From Patescibacteria group bacterium (GTDB lineage: Bacteria > Patescibacteriota > Saccharimonadia > Saccharimonadales > 2-12-FULL-41-12), in contig JBBTSC010000001.1 of assembly GCA_038064875.1 (NCBI GenBank), positions 187,004 to 251,003 on the forward strand: DNA of 64,000 nt, read 5' to 3'. The position numbers and the translations under genes are program-made. Below the pieces are notes generated by a model. The model ran no database searches and was not told the DNA's origin. It was given only the letters and a program-made list of their open reading frames with translations. Below, in pieces: positions 6,832-17,325 of the stretch. The first letter of the stretch is position 1. Every line of letters begins with the position of its first letter.

Positions 6832-7584
6832 CTACAGTTCTAGATTCGGATAAGTATCAAACTTCCCGAAGTCTTCTTTGTAAGCATCGATCTGTCCTTT
6901 CCTCGGAGTGACCATTCGCTTAAGAGCAGACTGAAGTGTAGGATAGCGATCACCGCTTGATACTACAGATGCTCTGATGTCGTATAAGTATCTTGCACTT
7001 CCACCTCTGGCAAGTATATGGTCTCTAAGCGCTATGTCATTGCCTAGCCCATAATTTGGAATAGATAGAGTGCTTTCTAGAAGGGTCTTGTCTGGATTGA
7101 CAAGGCAGGTGTTTGAGCCTTTTGCTCTAGGTGGCTTCGACTGAAATCTACGCCAGAACTCAGCACTATCTATATATGTAGCTCTCCCTACTCGCACAAC
7201 TGTGCCTTCTACAGTCCACGGGTACGCATGATGGACACGACCATATTGTAAGTTGTTATATTGTCCTGGTCTTCTGGCGTGCCTTAGGTGGGCAGATGAC
7301 CACGACTTAAGAGGTTTTGTATCTGCGTCGATTATAAATATTGCTTCACTGTCCTGATAGTTGTCTAGAATAAATTTTATTCCTTTTTGAATGGCCCTCA
7401 TTTGGCCAGGTTCTTCTTCTCTCAAAATGGTAGCACCACAGGACTCTGCTATTTCTGCTGTGGCATCCTGACTCCAGTTGTCAATAACTATAGGTTCTAC
7501 TGGCGATTGTTGTTTCGCCAGTGCTTCAAATAAGGCTGGTAATCGCTCTTGTTCGTTTAAGGCAGGAATCAGAACTCTCGACAT
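6832..7584 (-). CDS. family 2 glycosyltransferase
   Basis: N-terminal IPALNEQERLPALFEALAKQ...IVIDNWSQDAT...FIIDADT, the GT-A / DxD pattern. Confidence 0.8.
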   Translation of the reverse strand: MSRVLIPALNEQERLPALFEALAKQQSPVEPIVIDNWSQDATAEIAESCGATILREEEPGQMRAIQKGIKFILDNYQDSEAIFIIDADTKPLKSWSSAHLRHARRPGQYNNLQYGRVHHAYPWTVEGTVVRVGRATYIDSAEFWRRFQSKPPRAKGSNTCLVNPDKTLLESTLSIPNYGLGNDIALRDHILARGGSARYLYDIRASVVSSGDRYPTLQSALKRMVTPRKGQIDAYKEDFGKFDTYPNLEL

Positions 7585-7670
7585 TTGACATGACTATATC
7601 ATAAAACAGAGATATTACAATATCACCGCTCTGTAACAATGGTAATCTGAGTGCTATACTAGAATTTAGC

Positions 7671-8498
7671 ATGAGGGTTATAGATCATAAGGCATTTGAA
7701 TCTAAGAAAAAGGGTGGGAAGAAACTAAAAAAACTTCTTTTTATTCTCGTTATTGCGACTATATTAGCTCTAATTTACGAAGTTGGTATCAAACATGCCT
7801 TTAACGGCAATGATTCCAAAAACCTTAAAAACACTTCAACAACTCAAGAACAAGCCTCTGCGCCCAAAGACAAATTAAAGCAATTCACTCCTGAGCAATT
7901 CAGAGACTTATACAAATCTTTTGCTTTCCCTAACACCCAAAAAATCAGCGAAACTACTCCCATAACGGGCTACGAAGAGCTAGACGTTCGGATACGTGAC
8001 TTAGCACACGCAAAAGGCTATGTTATCCGTAGCGCCCCTATAGTAGATAGTTTTATTGCTGTAGATCCTGAGCATAAACTGCAACAAAAAGCATACGTTG
8101 ACTGGGTTGAAATGCGAGATTCTGCCCAGAGAGACGGTGTTGGTCTGAAAGTTACGGCCGCCTACAGAAGCGCTGATGACCAGCGGGCAATATTCTTGCC
8201 CAGACTCGGCAACCTATATAACCCGTCTGATGCACAGATCAACAATGTACTGACTACCACTGCACCACCTGGATACTCCAGGCATCACACTGGTTACACT
8301 ATTGATCTGACATGTGTCGGTAGCGAATATGCGGTATTTGAGAAAACCCCATGCTTTGTTTGGTTGAGTCAAAATAACTATGAAAATACTAAAAAAGCCG
8401 GCTGGATACCAAGCTATCCTGCTGGAGCCCAAGGTCAAGGTCCGGAACCTGAGTCTTGGGAATATGTTTGGGTTAGCAAAGATTCCACACATCAGTAA
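7671..8498 (+). CDS. D-alanyl-D-alanine carboxypeptidase, VanY/M15B family, N-terminally membrane anchored
   Basis: LKVTAAYRSADDQRAIF...GYSRHHTGYTIDL...EPESWEY, the VanY zinc-peptidase motifs. N-terminal TM present. Confidence 0.8.
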   Translation: MRVIDHKAFESKKKGGKKLKKLLFILVIATILALIYEVGIKHAFNGNDSKNLKNTSTTQEQASAPKDKLKQFTPEQFRDLYKSFAFPNTQKISETTPITGYEELDVRIRDLAHAKGYVIRSAPIVDSFIAVDPEHKLQQKAYVDWVEMRDSAQRDGVGLKVTAAYRSADDQRAIFLPRLGNLYNPSDAQINNVLTTTAPPGYSRHHTGYTIDLTCVGSEYAVFEKTPCFVWLSQNNYENTKKAGWIPSYPAGAQGQGPEPESWEYVWVSKDSTHQ

Positions 8499-8527
8499 GT
8501 TACTTTGGTGATATAATATCGTTCAAG

Positions 8528-9445
8528 ATGTCAGAATTTGAAAATTCTATTACGAATTTGAGTATAAATGGTATGGATGGACGCATGCTGCATCTTAGAA
8601 GTCCAGAACCTACAGATAAAGAGATTCTACTTATATATGGGCATCATGCCAGTATTGAGCGAATGGCTGGGTTTGCACAATATATGAGTAGGTTTGGGAA
8701 CGTTACTATTTGTGATTTGCCTGGCTTTGGCGGTATGGATAGCTTCTATGATATCAATATGGCACCTGACCTTGAGAACTATGCAGACTACCTCGCCTCT
8801 TTCATAAAGATAAAGTATAAAAACAAGAAATTTAGTGTTGTGGCTATGTCGTTTTCTTTCCTGATAGTCACCAGGATGCTCCAGAAATACCCAAAAATGA
8901 GCAAACAGATGGACGATATATTCAGCTTTGTTGGGTTTACTCACTACCAGGATTTTAGGCTCAAAAAGAACTACAAAAGAGCTATCAAGCTCACCGCAAA
9001 GACATTTTCTGGGTCTGTCTCATCAACTATATTCAGGTATACATTTTTACTATCGCCAGTGATTTCACTGACGTATCTGGCAGTATCTAGAAAACATGCA
9101 AAGATGAGTGGTGCGGGATTTGCTGAGCTTAAGAGACGGATTAGAGCAGAGATAAAACTCTGGCATATCAATGATGTTAGAACTAGGATGAGTACTATTC
9201 TGACGATGTTTTCTGTTGATCTATGTAAATACAATCAAAGGATCAACCACAAAGTGCACCATATATATGTCAAAAATGATGTGTACGTAGATCAATACAT
9301 GACAGAGCAACATATGAACGTGATCTATGACGAATATGAGGCTATAGAGAGTCCAATGACTAACCATATGCCATCAATCGTAGCCGACGCAGAAGAAGCA
9401 AGTCAGTTCATTCCGCCTGCAGTAGTTGAAAAACTCTCTAAATAG
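8528..9445 (+). CDS. alpha/beta-hydrolase fold protein
   Basis: ILLIYGHHASIERMAGFAQYM...CDLPGFGGMD...VVAMSFSF. This is alpha/beta-hydrolase-like with an atypical nucleophile elbow. Confidence 0.5.
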   Translation: MSEFENSITNLSINGMDGRMLHLRSPEPTDKEILLIYGHHASIERMAGFAQYMSRFGNVTICDLPGFGGMDSFYDINMAPDLENYADYLASFIKIKYKNKKFSVVAMSFSFLIVTRMLQKYPKMSKQMDDIFSFVGFTHYQDFRLKKNYKRAIKLTAKTFSGSVSSTIFRYTFLLSPVISLTYLAVSRKHAKMSGAGFAELKRRIRAEIKLWHINDVRTRMSTILTMFSVDLCKYNQRINHKVHHIYVKNDVYVDQYMTEQHMNVIYDEYEAIESPMTNHMPSIVADAEEASQFIPPAVVEKLSK

Positions 9446-9464
9446 TGAGAAAATATAAGTAATT

Positions 9465-10601
9465 ATGCTAAAGATCGGGATCGTCTGTCCTTATGATATT
9501 TTTGCTGGTGGCGGTGTCCAGGAGCAGGTGCTAGCTCTTAACAAAATTTATAACCAGTCAGGGATGAAATCTACTATCATCACGCCCCGTCCCAAAGGGT
9601 ATGCTGACGATGAACGGAGAGAAGACATTATATTTTTGGGCCGGTCGCGCCCATTTAGGTCTATGCACACTAACTCGCATGTTTCTGCGAGCATAGATAC
9701 GGACAAAATAGACCAAGTCCTAGAGGAAAATCAGTTCGATATCTTGCATTTTCATGAGCCGTGGATACCTATTATGTCGCGCCAAGTACTGACACGGTCA
9801 AGAAGCATTAACTTTGCTACATTTCATGCAGCTGTTCCAGATCTTATCATGGCAAAGACTATTGAAAAAGTATTTACACCCTACACTAAGTCAATCCTGA
9901 AATATATAGATGTCATGACTGCTGTATCGCCTGCTGGCGCTACATATGCTAGGTCACTCACGCACAGAAATCTAGTCATTATACCTAACGGAATAGACCT
10001 CAAAAGATACCAAGAACAACCTGTTCCTGAGCTATCTCATAGTACTAAAAAGAGGATATTCTATGTTGGCAGGCTTGAAAAAAGAAAAGGTGTTAAGTAT
10101 CTTGTCGATGCTTTTGCTGACTTGCGGGAAAGACGAAGTGATGTAGAGTTGATAATCGCAGGTGCCGGGCCAGAACTTGATAAACTACAAGACAAAGTCA
10201 AAGAAGACAAAATCCCAGATGTATCTTTTGTGGGTAGGATATCTGACCAAGAGAAGATCGAATATTTAAAGTCCTCACATATATTTTGTTCCCCCGCCCT
10301 TTACGGCGAAAGCTTTGGGATAGTTTTGCTTGAGGCTATGGCGAGCGGAACTATAGTTGTAGCGGGTGATAATAGTGGCTATAAAGAAGTTCTTAACGGC
10401 GACGGACGCATGTCTTTGGTTGATCCTAAACAGACGAATGAATTTTCTCGAAGACTTGAGCTATTGATCGACAGCAAGAATATACAAAAAGTCTGGAAAG
10501 ATTGGGCACACAGCGAAGTTACCAAATACGATTTCCCTGTCATAGCTAGGAGCTACATAAACTTATACAAGATGGCATATGAAAAAAAGCAAAAAGCTTA
10601 A
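9465..10601 (+). CDS. family 4 glycosyltransferase
   Basis: GT-B/GT4 C-terminal signature: YVGRLEKRKGVKYL...PALYGESFGIVLLEAMASG. Confidence 0.85.
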   Translation: MLKIGIVCPYDIFAGGGVQEQVLALNKIYNQSGMKSTIITPRPKGYADDERREDIIFLGRSRPFRSMHTNSHVSASIDTDKIDQVLEENQFDILHFHEPWIPIMSRQVLTRSRSINFATFHAAVPDLIMAKTIEKVFTPYTKSILKYIDVMTAVSPAGATYARSLTHRNLVIIPNGIDLKRYQEQPVPELSHSTKKRIFYVGRLEKRKGVKYLVDAFADLRERRSDVELIIAGAGPELDKLQDKVKEDKIPDVSFVGRISDQEKIEYLKSSHIFCSPALYGESFGIVLLEAMASGTIVVAGDNSGYKEVLNGDGRMSLVDPKQTNEFSRRLELLIDSKNIQKVWKDWAHSEVTKYDFPVIARSYINLYKMAYEKKQKA

Positions 10602-11718
10602 GATAGCATTTGTACTAGACGACACCCTAGACCGTAATGCCGGGGCTCAAGTCTATGTCCTCACTCTAGGTGATCATTTAGAAAAATTAGGACACAATGT
10701 CAGTTATATAGTTGGTGAGACTAAGAAGAAAGTTCGATCCAACCAATACAGCTTGGCAAAAAATTTAAAGGTTAAATTTAACGGAAATCATCTCTCAATT
10801 CCCCTCCATACCAGCAAAAAAGAAGTAAAAGAGCTACTACGTAATGAGCAGTTCGATATAGTGCATATACAGTCCCCTTTTAGTCCAATTATGGCTGGCA
10901 AAGTTATGAAGGTAGCAGATGGTCATTCACGAATAGTCGGGACTTTTCATATTTTACCTTACGGTGCAGTAGCTACATTCTCTAACTATATATTTGGGTT
11001 TTGGCTACGACTTTATAACAAATATTTTGACGCTTTTTTGACTATTTCTGAGCCATCACAAGAGTTCTCAAAGAACTACTATGGCATTACAGGCCCAATT
11101 ATCCGCTATCCCGTAGATCTGAGTCAGATTAAAAAAATAACCAAAAAGAAGCTCAACAGACAGCATAGCGTTGAACTGCTCTTTCATGGAAGGCTCGTTG
11201 AGCGAAAAGGTTGCCTGGAGCTTCTGAAAGCATTTGCCTATGCAAAAGAACACAAGCTACTCAAAAAAGATTGCTTCCTACATATATCTGGTGATGGCCC
11301 AGATAAAGAAAAGCTCAAAAAATTTGTTAAGAATAATAATTTAACCAAGTTTGTTAAGTTCCACGGCAGAACCACAGACGAGCAAAAATTTCGGCTAATG
11401 CAGTTGTCTGACATCACTATCTATCCAGCTATGAGTGGAGAGAGTTTTGGAGTTGTTACTGTAGAGGCAATGGCAACAGCTCATCCGATTGTGCTGGCTG
11501 GGAATAACCCGGGATATGCAAGTGTGCTCTCCGAAGCAAAAGATAGTCTTTTTGATTCAAAAAACACACCAGAATTCGCTAAACATATTGCAAAGTATGT
11601 TAATAATAAGAAATCTCGAGATACATTATTCAAGTTGCAACAAAAGCTTGTCAAAAAATATGACGTCAAACAAGTAACAAAGCAGGTTCTGGAACTTTAC
11701 TATGGTGACCGTAAATAA
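10579..11718 (+). CDS. family 4 glycosyltransferase
   Basis: FHGRLVERKGCLELL...PAMSGESFGVVTVEAMATAHP. Overlaps the upstream GT4 gene. Confidence 0.85.
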   Translation: MKKSKKLKIAFVLDDTLDRNAGAQVYVLTLGDHLEKLGHNVSYIVGETKKKVRSNQYSLAKNLKVKFNGNHLSIPLHTSKKEVKELLRNEQFDIVHIQSPFSPIMAGKVMKVADGHSRIVGTFHILPYGAVATFSNYIFGFWLRLYNKYFDAFLTISEPSQEFSKNYYGITGPIIRYPVDLSQIKKITKKKLNRQHSVELLFHGRLVERKGCLELLKAFAYAKEHKLLKKDCFLHISGDGPDKEKLKKFVKNNNLTKFVKFHGRTTDEQKFRLMQLSDITIYPAMSGESFGVVTVEAMATAHPIVLAGNNPGYASVLSEAKDSLFDSKNTPEFAKHIAKYVNNKKSRDTLFKLQQKLVKKYDVKQVTKQVLELYYGDRK

Positions 11719-11747
11719 AAGTTATGGTATTATCAGAGCAATAAGTT

Positions 11748-12833
11748 ATGAGTGAAAAATCTAAAGAAACAGTAACCATATCAATCAAATCAACGACATT
11801 GATCAAAGGTGTCATCGTGCTTGTTGGTATTATCGTCTTCTTGCAAATGCTGAAGCTCATCGCTCAGCCACTTATAATTCTTTCAGTATCATTCTTTTTG
11901 GCTCTAGCGCTCAACCCTACAGTTAGTTGGATAGCACGCAAGCTCAAAAGCCACAGCCGAGTCAGAGCTACCGGAATAGCTTATGTATTAGTCCTAACCG
12001 TCTTAATCGGCTTTTTGTCATTGATAATCCCACCCCTTGTGGGCCAGACAATCTCATTTATTCAGGATGTTCCTCAAACAATTCAGGATTTTAAGACGCA
12101 AGATTCTGCAGCCAGTAGATTTGTGCACAGATATGACCTGGATAAATCGCTCGATAACTTTTCTTCAGACTTCTCTAGTCATTTTAGTGATATCAGCAAA
12201 CCAGCTCTTGCTACAGCTACGACAATAGGCTCGACCATAGGAAGTACAATAGCTGTTTTGGTATTAACATTTATGATGCTAGTAGAAGGCCCACACTGGC
12301 TGAAGCGTTTTTGGGCTATTCAGCCTGCTTCTAAGAGGAAGAACCGAAGTGATGTGGCACAAAAAATGTATAAAGTAGTGACTGGCTATGTTAACGGACA
12401 AGTTATAGTAGCGGCTCTGGGCGGATTTTTCTCCTTCATTGCGTTGGTGATACTTAGCCAAATATTTGATGTTACAGTCAACGCTATTGCATTGGCCGCA
12501 ATTATCTCGCTTTTTGCCTTGCTACCACTCATCGGTACAACGATAGGTGCCGTTATCGTCGTGATTGCCTGTATCTTTATCTCGGTACCTCTTGCTATAG
12601 CGATGGGTGTTTACTTTATCGTCTATCAGCAGATAGAAAATGTCACTATACAGCCTTATATACAGTCAAGAAGCAACAATCTGACACCACTGATTGTATT
12701 TGCAGCAGCGCTTGTTGGTGTATCTCTGGGCGGAATTATGGGAGCGTTGTTTGCGGTACCGGTAGCAGGTTGTCTAGGAATCTTGATAGAAAATCACTAT
12801 CACGAACGTTTAGAGCAAGCCAAGACTAAATAG
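11748..12833 (+). CDS. AI-2E family (PerM/UPF0118) transporter
   Basis: Polytopic membrane protein with YVNGQVIVAALGGFFSFIAL and LLPLIGTTIGAVIVVI motifs. Confidence 0.85.
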   Translation: MSEKSKETVTISIKSTTLIKGVIVLVGIIVFLQMLKLIAQPLIILSVSFFLALALNPTVSWIARKLKSHSRVRATGIAYVLVLTVLIGFLSLIIPPLVGQTISFIQDVPQTIQDFKTQDSAASRFVHRYDLDKSLDNFSSDFSSHFSDISKPALATATTIGSTIGSTIAVLVLTFMMLVEGPHWLKRFWAIQPASKRKNRSDVAQKMYKVVTGYVNGQVIVAALGGFFSFIALVILSQIFDVTVNAIALAAIISLFALLPLIGTTIGAVIVVIACIFISVPLAIAMGVYFIVYQQIENVTIQPYIQSRSNNLTPLIVFAAALVGVSLGGIMGALFAVPVAGCLGILIENHYHERLEQAKTK

Positions 12834-12838
12834 GTACT

Positions 12839-14242
12839 TCAGATTCTATACCAGATAGAGCCCTTGTCGGTATCTCTTAGCCCAATACCTTGACCAAGAA
12901 GTTTATCACGCAACTCATCTGATTTTGCCCAATCTTTGGTTTCCCGAGCCTTTTCGCGCTCTAAAATTGTTTGTTTTTGAGAATCGTTAATGTCTGGTGT
13001 ATTAGCTAGTATATTAAGCCCAAAGTAGCTATCTACCAAAGAATATATGTTCTCAACACAAGGTTTGCAGAAATTTAAGTTTTCCATATCTCCAAGATAT
13101 TTCTCTAGTCTCTCTATTGCACTTGGAGTATCCATATCGTCATTCATGCATTCAGCAAATCCTTCATCGAAGTCGGGGCTATCTGCCCCACTGGTTATGG
13201 CTACGTTTTCTTGCCATCTCAGCTCAGCGATATTTTTCCAGCGTTTTAGGCGGTTTTGTGCTGAGTATAAATTATCCCAGGTGAAATTTGATTCGTTTCT
13301 GTAGTGTGACTGGAGCACTAGTAATCTAAAAGCCAAAGGATCAAAGCCTTTGTTAATAATGTCCTGTAGGGTATAGAAATTATTTGCGGATTTGGCCATC
13401 TTTTTCCCGTCAACCAACAGATGATTGCTGTGTACAAAGTAATTCGCCATGACAGGATTATCTTTTGCCCCTGTGCTCTGAGCAATCTCGTTCTCATGAT
13501 GTGGAAATATTAGATCGATCCCTCCCGTATGGATATCGAAAGGCAGTCCAAGAGACATCTCGCTCATAGCGGAACATTCGATATGCCAACCTGGACGTCC
13601 GGTCATATCTCTGTCTCCTACGCTAAATTCCCAAGATGGTTCACCATCTTTCTGTTTTTTCCATAGTGCAAAGTCATGCACAGACTCTTTGTCGTATTCG
13701 TCATTGTCAATTCGTGCTTCGCTGGTGTTAGAATCAGATATATTGAGTAGTTGACCATATGTTTTACCTGATTTTTTGTATGCTTCGATGGACAAATAAA
13801 TCCCGTCATCAGCTAAATAGGCGATTTTTTTATCTAGAAGTTGTTGAATGATCTTTTTCATCTGATCAATACTCTCTGTGGCTTTAATAAACTGTATTGA
13901 CTTGGTATCTATACCAACTTTTTGAACATCATCGTTAAATGTACTTATATATTCGCTCGTTAGTTTTAATAGCGCTTCTTTGGGGTCTAGATCTGGGTAT
14001 TTTTCGTGGCTTCTTTTGATGGTTTTGTCATCAACATCTGTATAGTTCATGACTTGCTGGACTTTAAGACCATTTGCTATTAAGGTTCGTCGCAAAGTTT
14101 CTGCGTAGATATAGGAGCTCATGTTACCTATATGAGCATGATCATAGACTGTAGGCCCACAAGTATAGACAGTCACTTCACCTTCTTTAATTGGGGTAAA
14201 TTCAACGATTTTCTTAACTAGTGTGTTATGAAGTTTAATCAT
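12839..14242 (-). CDS. cysS: cysteine--tRNA ligase
   Basis: Class I motifs HIGN (TVYDHAHIGN) and KMAKS, plus WHIECSAM. Confidence 0.95.
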   Translation of the reverse strand: MIKLHNTLVKKIVEFTPIKEGEVTVYTCGPTVYDHAHIGNMSSYIYAETLRRTLIANGLKVQQVMNYTDVDDKTIKRSHEKYPDLDPKEALLKLTSEYISTFNDDVQKVGIDTKSIQFIKATESIDQMKKIIQQLLDKKIAYLADDGIYLSIEAYKKSGKTYGQLLNISDSNTSEARIDNDEYDKESVHDFALWKKQKDGEPSWEFSVGDRDMTGRPGWHIECSAMSEMSLGLPFDIHTGGIDLIFPHHENEIAQSTGAKDNPVMANYFVHSNHLLVDGKKMAKSANNFYTLQDIINKGFDPLAFRLLVLQSHYRNESNFTWDNLYSAQNRLKRWKNIAELRWQENVAITSGADSPDFDEGFAECMNDDMDTPSAIERLEKYLGDMENLNFCKPCVENIYSLVDSYFGLNILANTPDINDSQKQTILEREKARETKDWAKSDELRDKLLGQGIGLRDTDKGSIWYRI

Positions 14243-15233
14243 CTTTAATAAGTCTTAAATACTCAATAATTACTTTATTTGTTATGTCATCTACATTCAA
14301 GTTTTTACCTTTTATCTTGAAGCCACTAGCATATGGGTGACCCCCGCCACCAAATTTTTCGGCAATCTTGTCACATATTTTATGTCCATAGTTGGCTCGT
14401 AACTTCGCAGTAATTCTATCAGGGTAGATCTTGAACGCAACAGCTAGATTTACTCCTGTGGCTTGGCGCATTTCTTCTATTACAAGCATGCTGGGATTGT
14501 ATTCATGGCTGTATTGTTCTATCTCCTTCCAGGGAATAGTCACAGTAGACACTTGTCCGTCAGCCCAATATTCTATTCGGCTAAGGAGTTGGGCTTTATA
14601 TCTAATGATCTCTGGGCTTTTGCGGTAGGTCTCACGGCGTAGGTTATCAATTTTTGCGAGTGACACACCATCGTCAATATAGTCAGCGATCAGTCTCACT
14701 GCTTTAGAGTCAGTTGCCTCACTAACAAGCCCAAGGCTGTCAGATAGGATGCCTATAGTAATAAGCTCTTTGGTGTCTACTTCCATATCAGCGCCGATTA
14801 TTTTAGCAACCTCGTCTACCAACTGACTAGCTGAGACTGCCTTTTTCTGATAAACAACCGTGGCAAACTCTAGATCACATTCGTTGCTGTGGTGGTCTAT
14901 TACAAGACACGGTTTTGTTCCTATTTGTGCTAGCTTTCCTGATTTTTCTAAGGCTTCGAATAGTACTTTTGCACTTGCATCAACGATGATTGTTGCGTCA
15001 AAATCTAGAGGTAACTCGCTAGTTATAGTGTCATAGCCTTTAATGTAGTCGAGGTAGCTAGCGATGTTCACGGCACAATACTGGTAAACATCCTTTCCTA
15101 GACTTTCTGATATTTTACCTATGGCAAGCGCACTAGCTAGACTATCGCCATCTGGATTGTCAGCTTGAATTACTACAATTTTGTTATTTTCATCAAAAAA
15201 CTTTTTGATTGACGAGTCAGAAGCTAATTTCAT
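14235..15233 (-). CDS. DHH-family phosphoesterase (NrnA-like)
   Basis: DNPDGDSLAS, IDHHSN (DHH) and the GGGHPYASG (DHHA1) motif. Confidence 0.8.
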   Translation of the reverse strand: MKLASDSSIKKFFDENNKIVVIQADNPDGDSLASALAIGKISESLGKDVYQYCAVNIASYLDYIKGYDTITSELPLDFDATIIVDASAKVLFEALEKSGKLAQIGTKPCLVIDHHSNECDLEFATVVYQKKAVSASQLVDEVAKIIGADMEVDTKELITIGILSDSLGLVSEATDSKAVRLIADYIDDGVSLAKIDNLRRETYRKSPEIIRYKAQLLSRIEYWADGQVSTVTIPWKEIEQYSHEYNPSMLVIEEMRQATGVNLAVAFKIYPDRITAKLRANYGHKICDKIAEKFGGGGHPYASGFKIKGKNLNVDDITNKVIIEYLRLIKDD

Positions 15234-15841
15234 AGTGTTTGCCTCCCCTCGATGGCTCTTGTCAGGGTTATCATGTCAGCGTATTCAATATCTAGACCAA
15301 TAGGCAGGCCCCGAGCTAACCGTGTTATATGAATATCCATATCTTCAAGTTGCTTGGCAATGTAGTGACTTGTGGCTTCACCTTCAACACTGGCATTTGT
15401 GGCTAAGATCAATTCTTTAACATGGTCTTTCTTGCATCTTTGTATCAGAGTCGGGATATTTAGTTCTGTTGGCGTAATACCATCGATTGGAGATAAAAGC
15501 CCGCCTAGAACGTGGTATGTGCCCCTATAGCCTGTTTTTTCAATGGCATAGATATCAAATGGGTCTGCTACAACAGCAATCACGGTTTTGTCACGCTTTG
15601 GGTCGCTATATAACTCTGATATATCTGTGTTATTGTCAATAAACGCAAATGTTACCGGGCAACGTTTTACAGATCCTACCAGACTACCCAAAGACTGGCT
15701 AATACTTTCAGCTTTTGTAGAATCAGACTTTAATAGATACTGAACATAACGTTCCGCACTACGCCTGCCTACACCTGGAAGTAATGATAGACTTGCGATT
15801 GCATCTTCAACTGGTCGTGGCAAGGAACTATTGTAATCCAT
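15230..15841 (-). CDS. recR: recombination protein RecR
   Basis: LPGVGRRSAERY helix-hairpin-helix motif and a Toprim region. Sits in dnaX-ybaB-recR synteny. Confidence 0.95.
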   Translation of the reverse strand: MDYNSSLPRPVEDAIASLSLLPGVGRRSAERYVQYLLKSDSTKAESISQSLGSLVGSVKRCPVTFAFIDNNTDISELYSDPKRDKTVIAVVADPFDIYAIEKTGYRGTYHVLGGLLSPIDGITPTELNIPTLIQRCKKDHVKELILATNASVEGEATSHYIAKQLEDMDIHITRLARGLPIGLDIEYADMITLTRAIEGRQTL

Positions 15842-15854
15842 CGATATCTATCTG

Positions 15855-16148
15855 TTATAGGCCTAGGTCGCCAAGCATGCCCATCATTGGTTGCATCTTC
15901 TCAGCAGCGTGCTTTTGGCTCTTACTTATAGCATCTTTAACAGCGTCTTCTACCCATTTTTCAAGCTCGCGAATATCGTTTAGGTCCACTCGTTCAGGAT
16001 CAATGTGGATTCTCTTGATCTTTTGTTCGCCAGTAATCTCTACCTTTACGGCTTCATCACCCGCAGATACAGTGATAATTTCTTTTTGTAATTCCTTTTG
16101 TAATTTTCTGACTTTCATCAGCATTTTAGCTTGATCAAGCTTGCTCAT
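15855..16148 (-). CDS. ybaB: YbaB/EbfC nucleoid-associated protein
   Basis: 97 aa: KVRKLQKELQKE...VKVEITGEQKIKRIHIDPE. Lies between dnaX and recR. Confidence 0.9.
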   Translation of the reverse strand: MSKLDQAKMLMKVRKLQKELQKEIITVSAGDEAVKVEITGEQKIKRIHIDPERVDLNDIRELEKWVEDAVKDAISKSQKHAAEKMQPMMGMLGDLGL

Positions 16149-16174
16149 AATAAATTCCCTTCTTTATATGTATA

Positions 16175-17305
16175 TTATATCAGTTTTGTTAGCTCAATAT
16201 AGCTAATAATTTGAGTCGCAACCATTACGGATATTACAGCTACAAGTAAGACAATGGCGCTAGACCGTGCAAACGGATTTTTAGGAAATACCGTGAACCA
16301 CTGCTGAAGTAGCATAGCCAGCCCATTAATACTCATAATAATAATCCCAGATAGTATCACGAAGTAAAGACCTACAACTCCTGATACTGTCGCTATAAAT
16401 GCTCCTATACAGATAGTAGGTATGATTTTCTGTTGGATTGAGCTAAATCCTTGAATATACATGTACGTAGACAGGGCTGCTAAGATCAAAAGAGCAACGC
16501 TAATGAGTGGAAGTTTTTCGTTAGTTGCCAGATCGTAGTCGATCAATAATTTTTTGATTACTTCTTTGAGTGAGCTAAAGACAGTGCTAAGTTCTGTATT
16601 TGCATCACTAATTTTACCAACCAACCAGCCGTAGTCGTTTCTTTTGAATGTGTAAAAAGAAGCTAGACATATAGTGACTATCGATGGAAGGATCAAATAG
16701 GTTTTTTTAAGTTTTCCGATATGTTTAAAGAGCGTCCGCAGTCGGTTTTTTGACAAAATAATGCCAATAGTCAACATCAGCCAAAAATATGGAACTGACA
16801 TTAGTATCCCAAGAGTAAGCCCAAGTAAAAAGAAGTTGGTAGCGCTATGTTTTGGGTGAAGCCAAGAGCACAACAAAATTATTATAGGTAATGCAACCAG
16901 TGAGAGAAGGCTAAAATCCATTCCTCCGACAGCAAGAAGTATGTAGGCTTGAGCCATGGCTATCATACTTGATAGTGTGGCTACTCTTGTAGAATATTTC
17001 TCTTTGGCGATTATATAGATGGATACACCTAGCACAGCAACAATTGCTGAAAACACTAGATGATAGAAAATGCCTCTTGGGGTAACGTGGCTTAACCCTA
17101 AAATAACCGTTTTTAGACTTATATATTCAGAGCCACCGTGGTATATCTGGTTGACAAAAGAATCAGGTGTCATGACTTGTCTAATATTGATGTGGTCAAA
17201 ATGCCAGGTAAAAGCCGTAATACCAAGCCACGTCGCCAGCCAGGCAGAAAATTTATTGGCTACAACCTTTTTCCAAATAGTTGAGATGTTCACTTTTTTG
17301 ATCAT
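16175..17305 (-). CDS. polytopic membrane protein of unknown function
   Basis: Many hydrophobic helices. The ORF-track start (17398) lies inside the palindromic repeat. ATG 17305 (MIKKVNIST...) sits 10 nt after an extended -10 box and is preferred. Confidence 0.6.
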   Translation of the reverse strand: MIKKVNISTIWKKVVANKFSAWLATWLGITAFTWHFDHINIRQVMTPDSFVNQIYHGGSEYISLKTVILGLSHVTPRGIFYHLVFSAIVAVLGVSIYIIAKEKYSTRVATLSSMIAMAQAYILLAVGGMDFSLLSLVALPIIILLCSWLHPKHSATNFFLLGLTLGILMSVPYFWLMLTIGIILSKNRLRTLFKHIGKLKKTYLILPSIVTICLASFYTFKRNDYGWLVGKISDANTELSTVFSSLKEVIKKLLIDYDLATNEKLPLISVALLILAALSTYMYIQGFSSIQQKIIPTICIGAFIATVSGVVGLYFVILSGIIIMSINGLAMLLQQWFTVFPKNPFARSSAIVLLVAVISVMVATQIISYIELTKLI

Positions 17306-17315
17306 TGATAAGATG

Positions 17316-17324
17316 ATTATATCA
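17316..17324 (-). promoter_or_regulatory. extended -10 promoter element (TGATATAAT)
   Basis: Minus strand reads G-TG-A-TATAAT (17324-17316). It directly abuts the repeat end (17326) and lies 10 nt upstream of ATG 17305. Confidence 0.45.
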
Positions 17325-17325
17325 C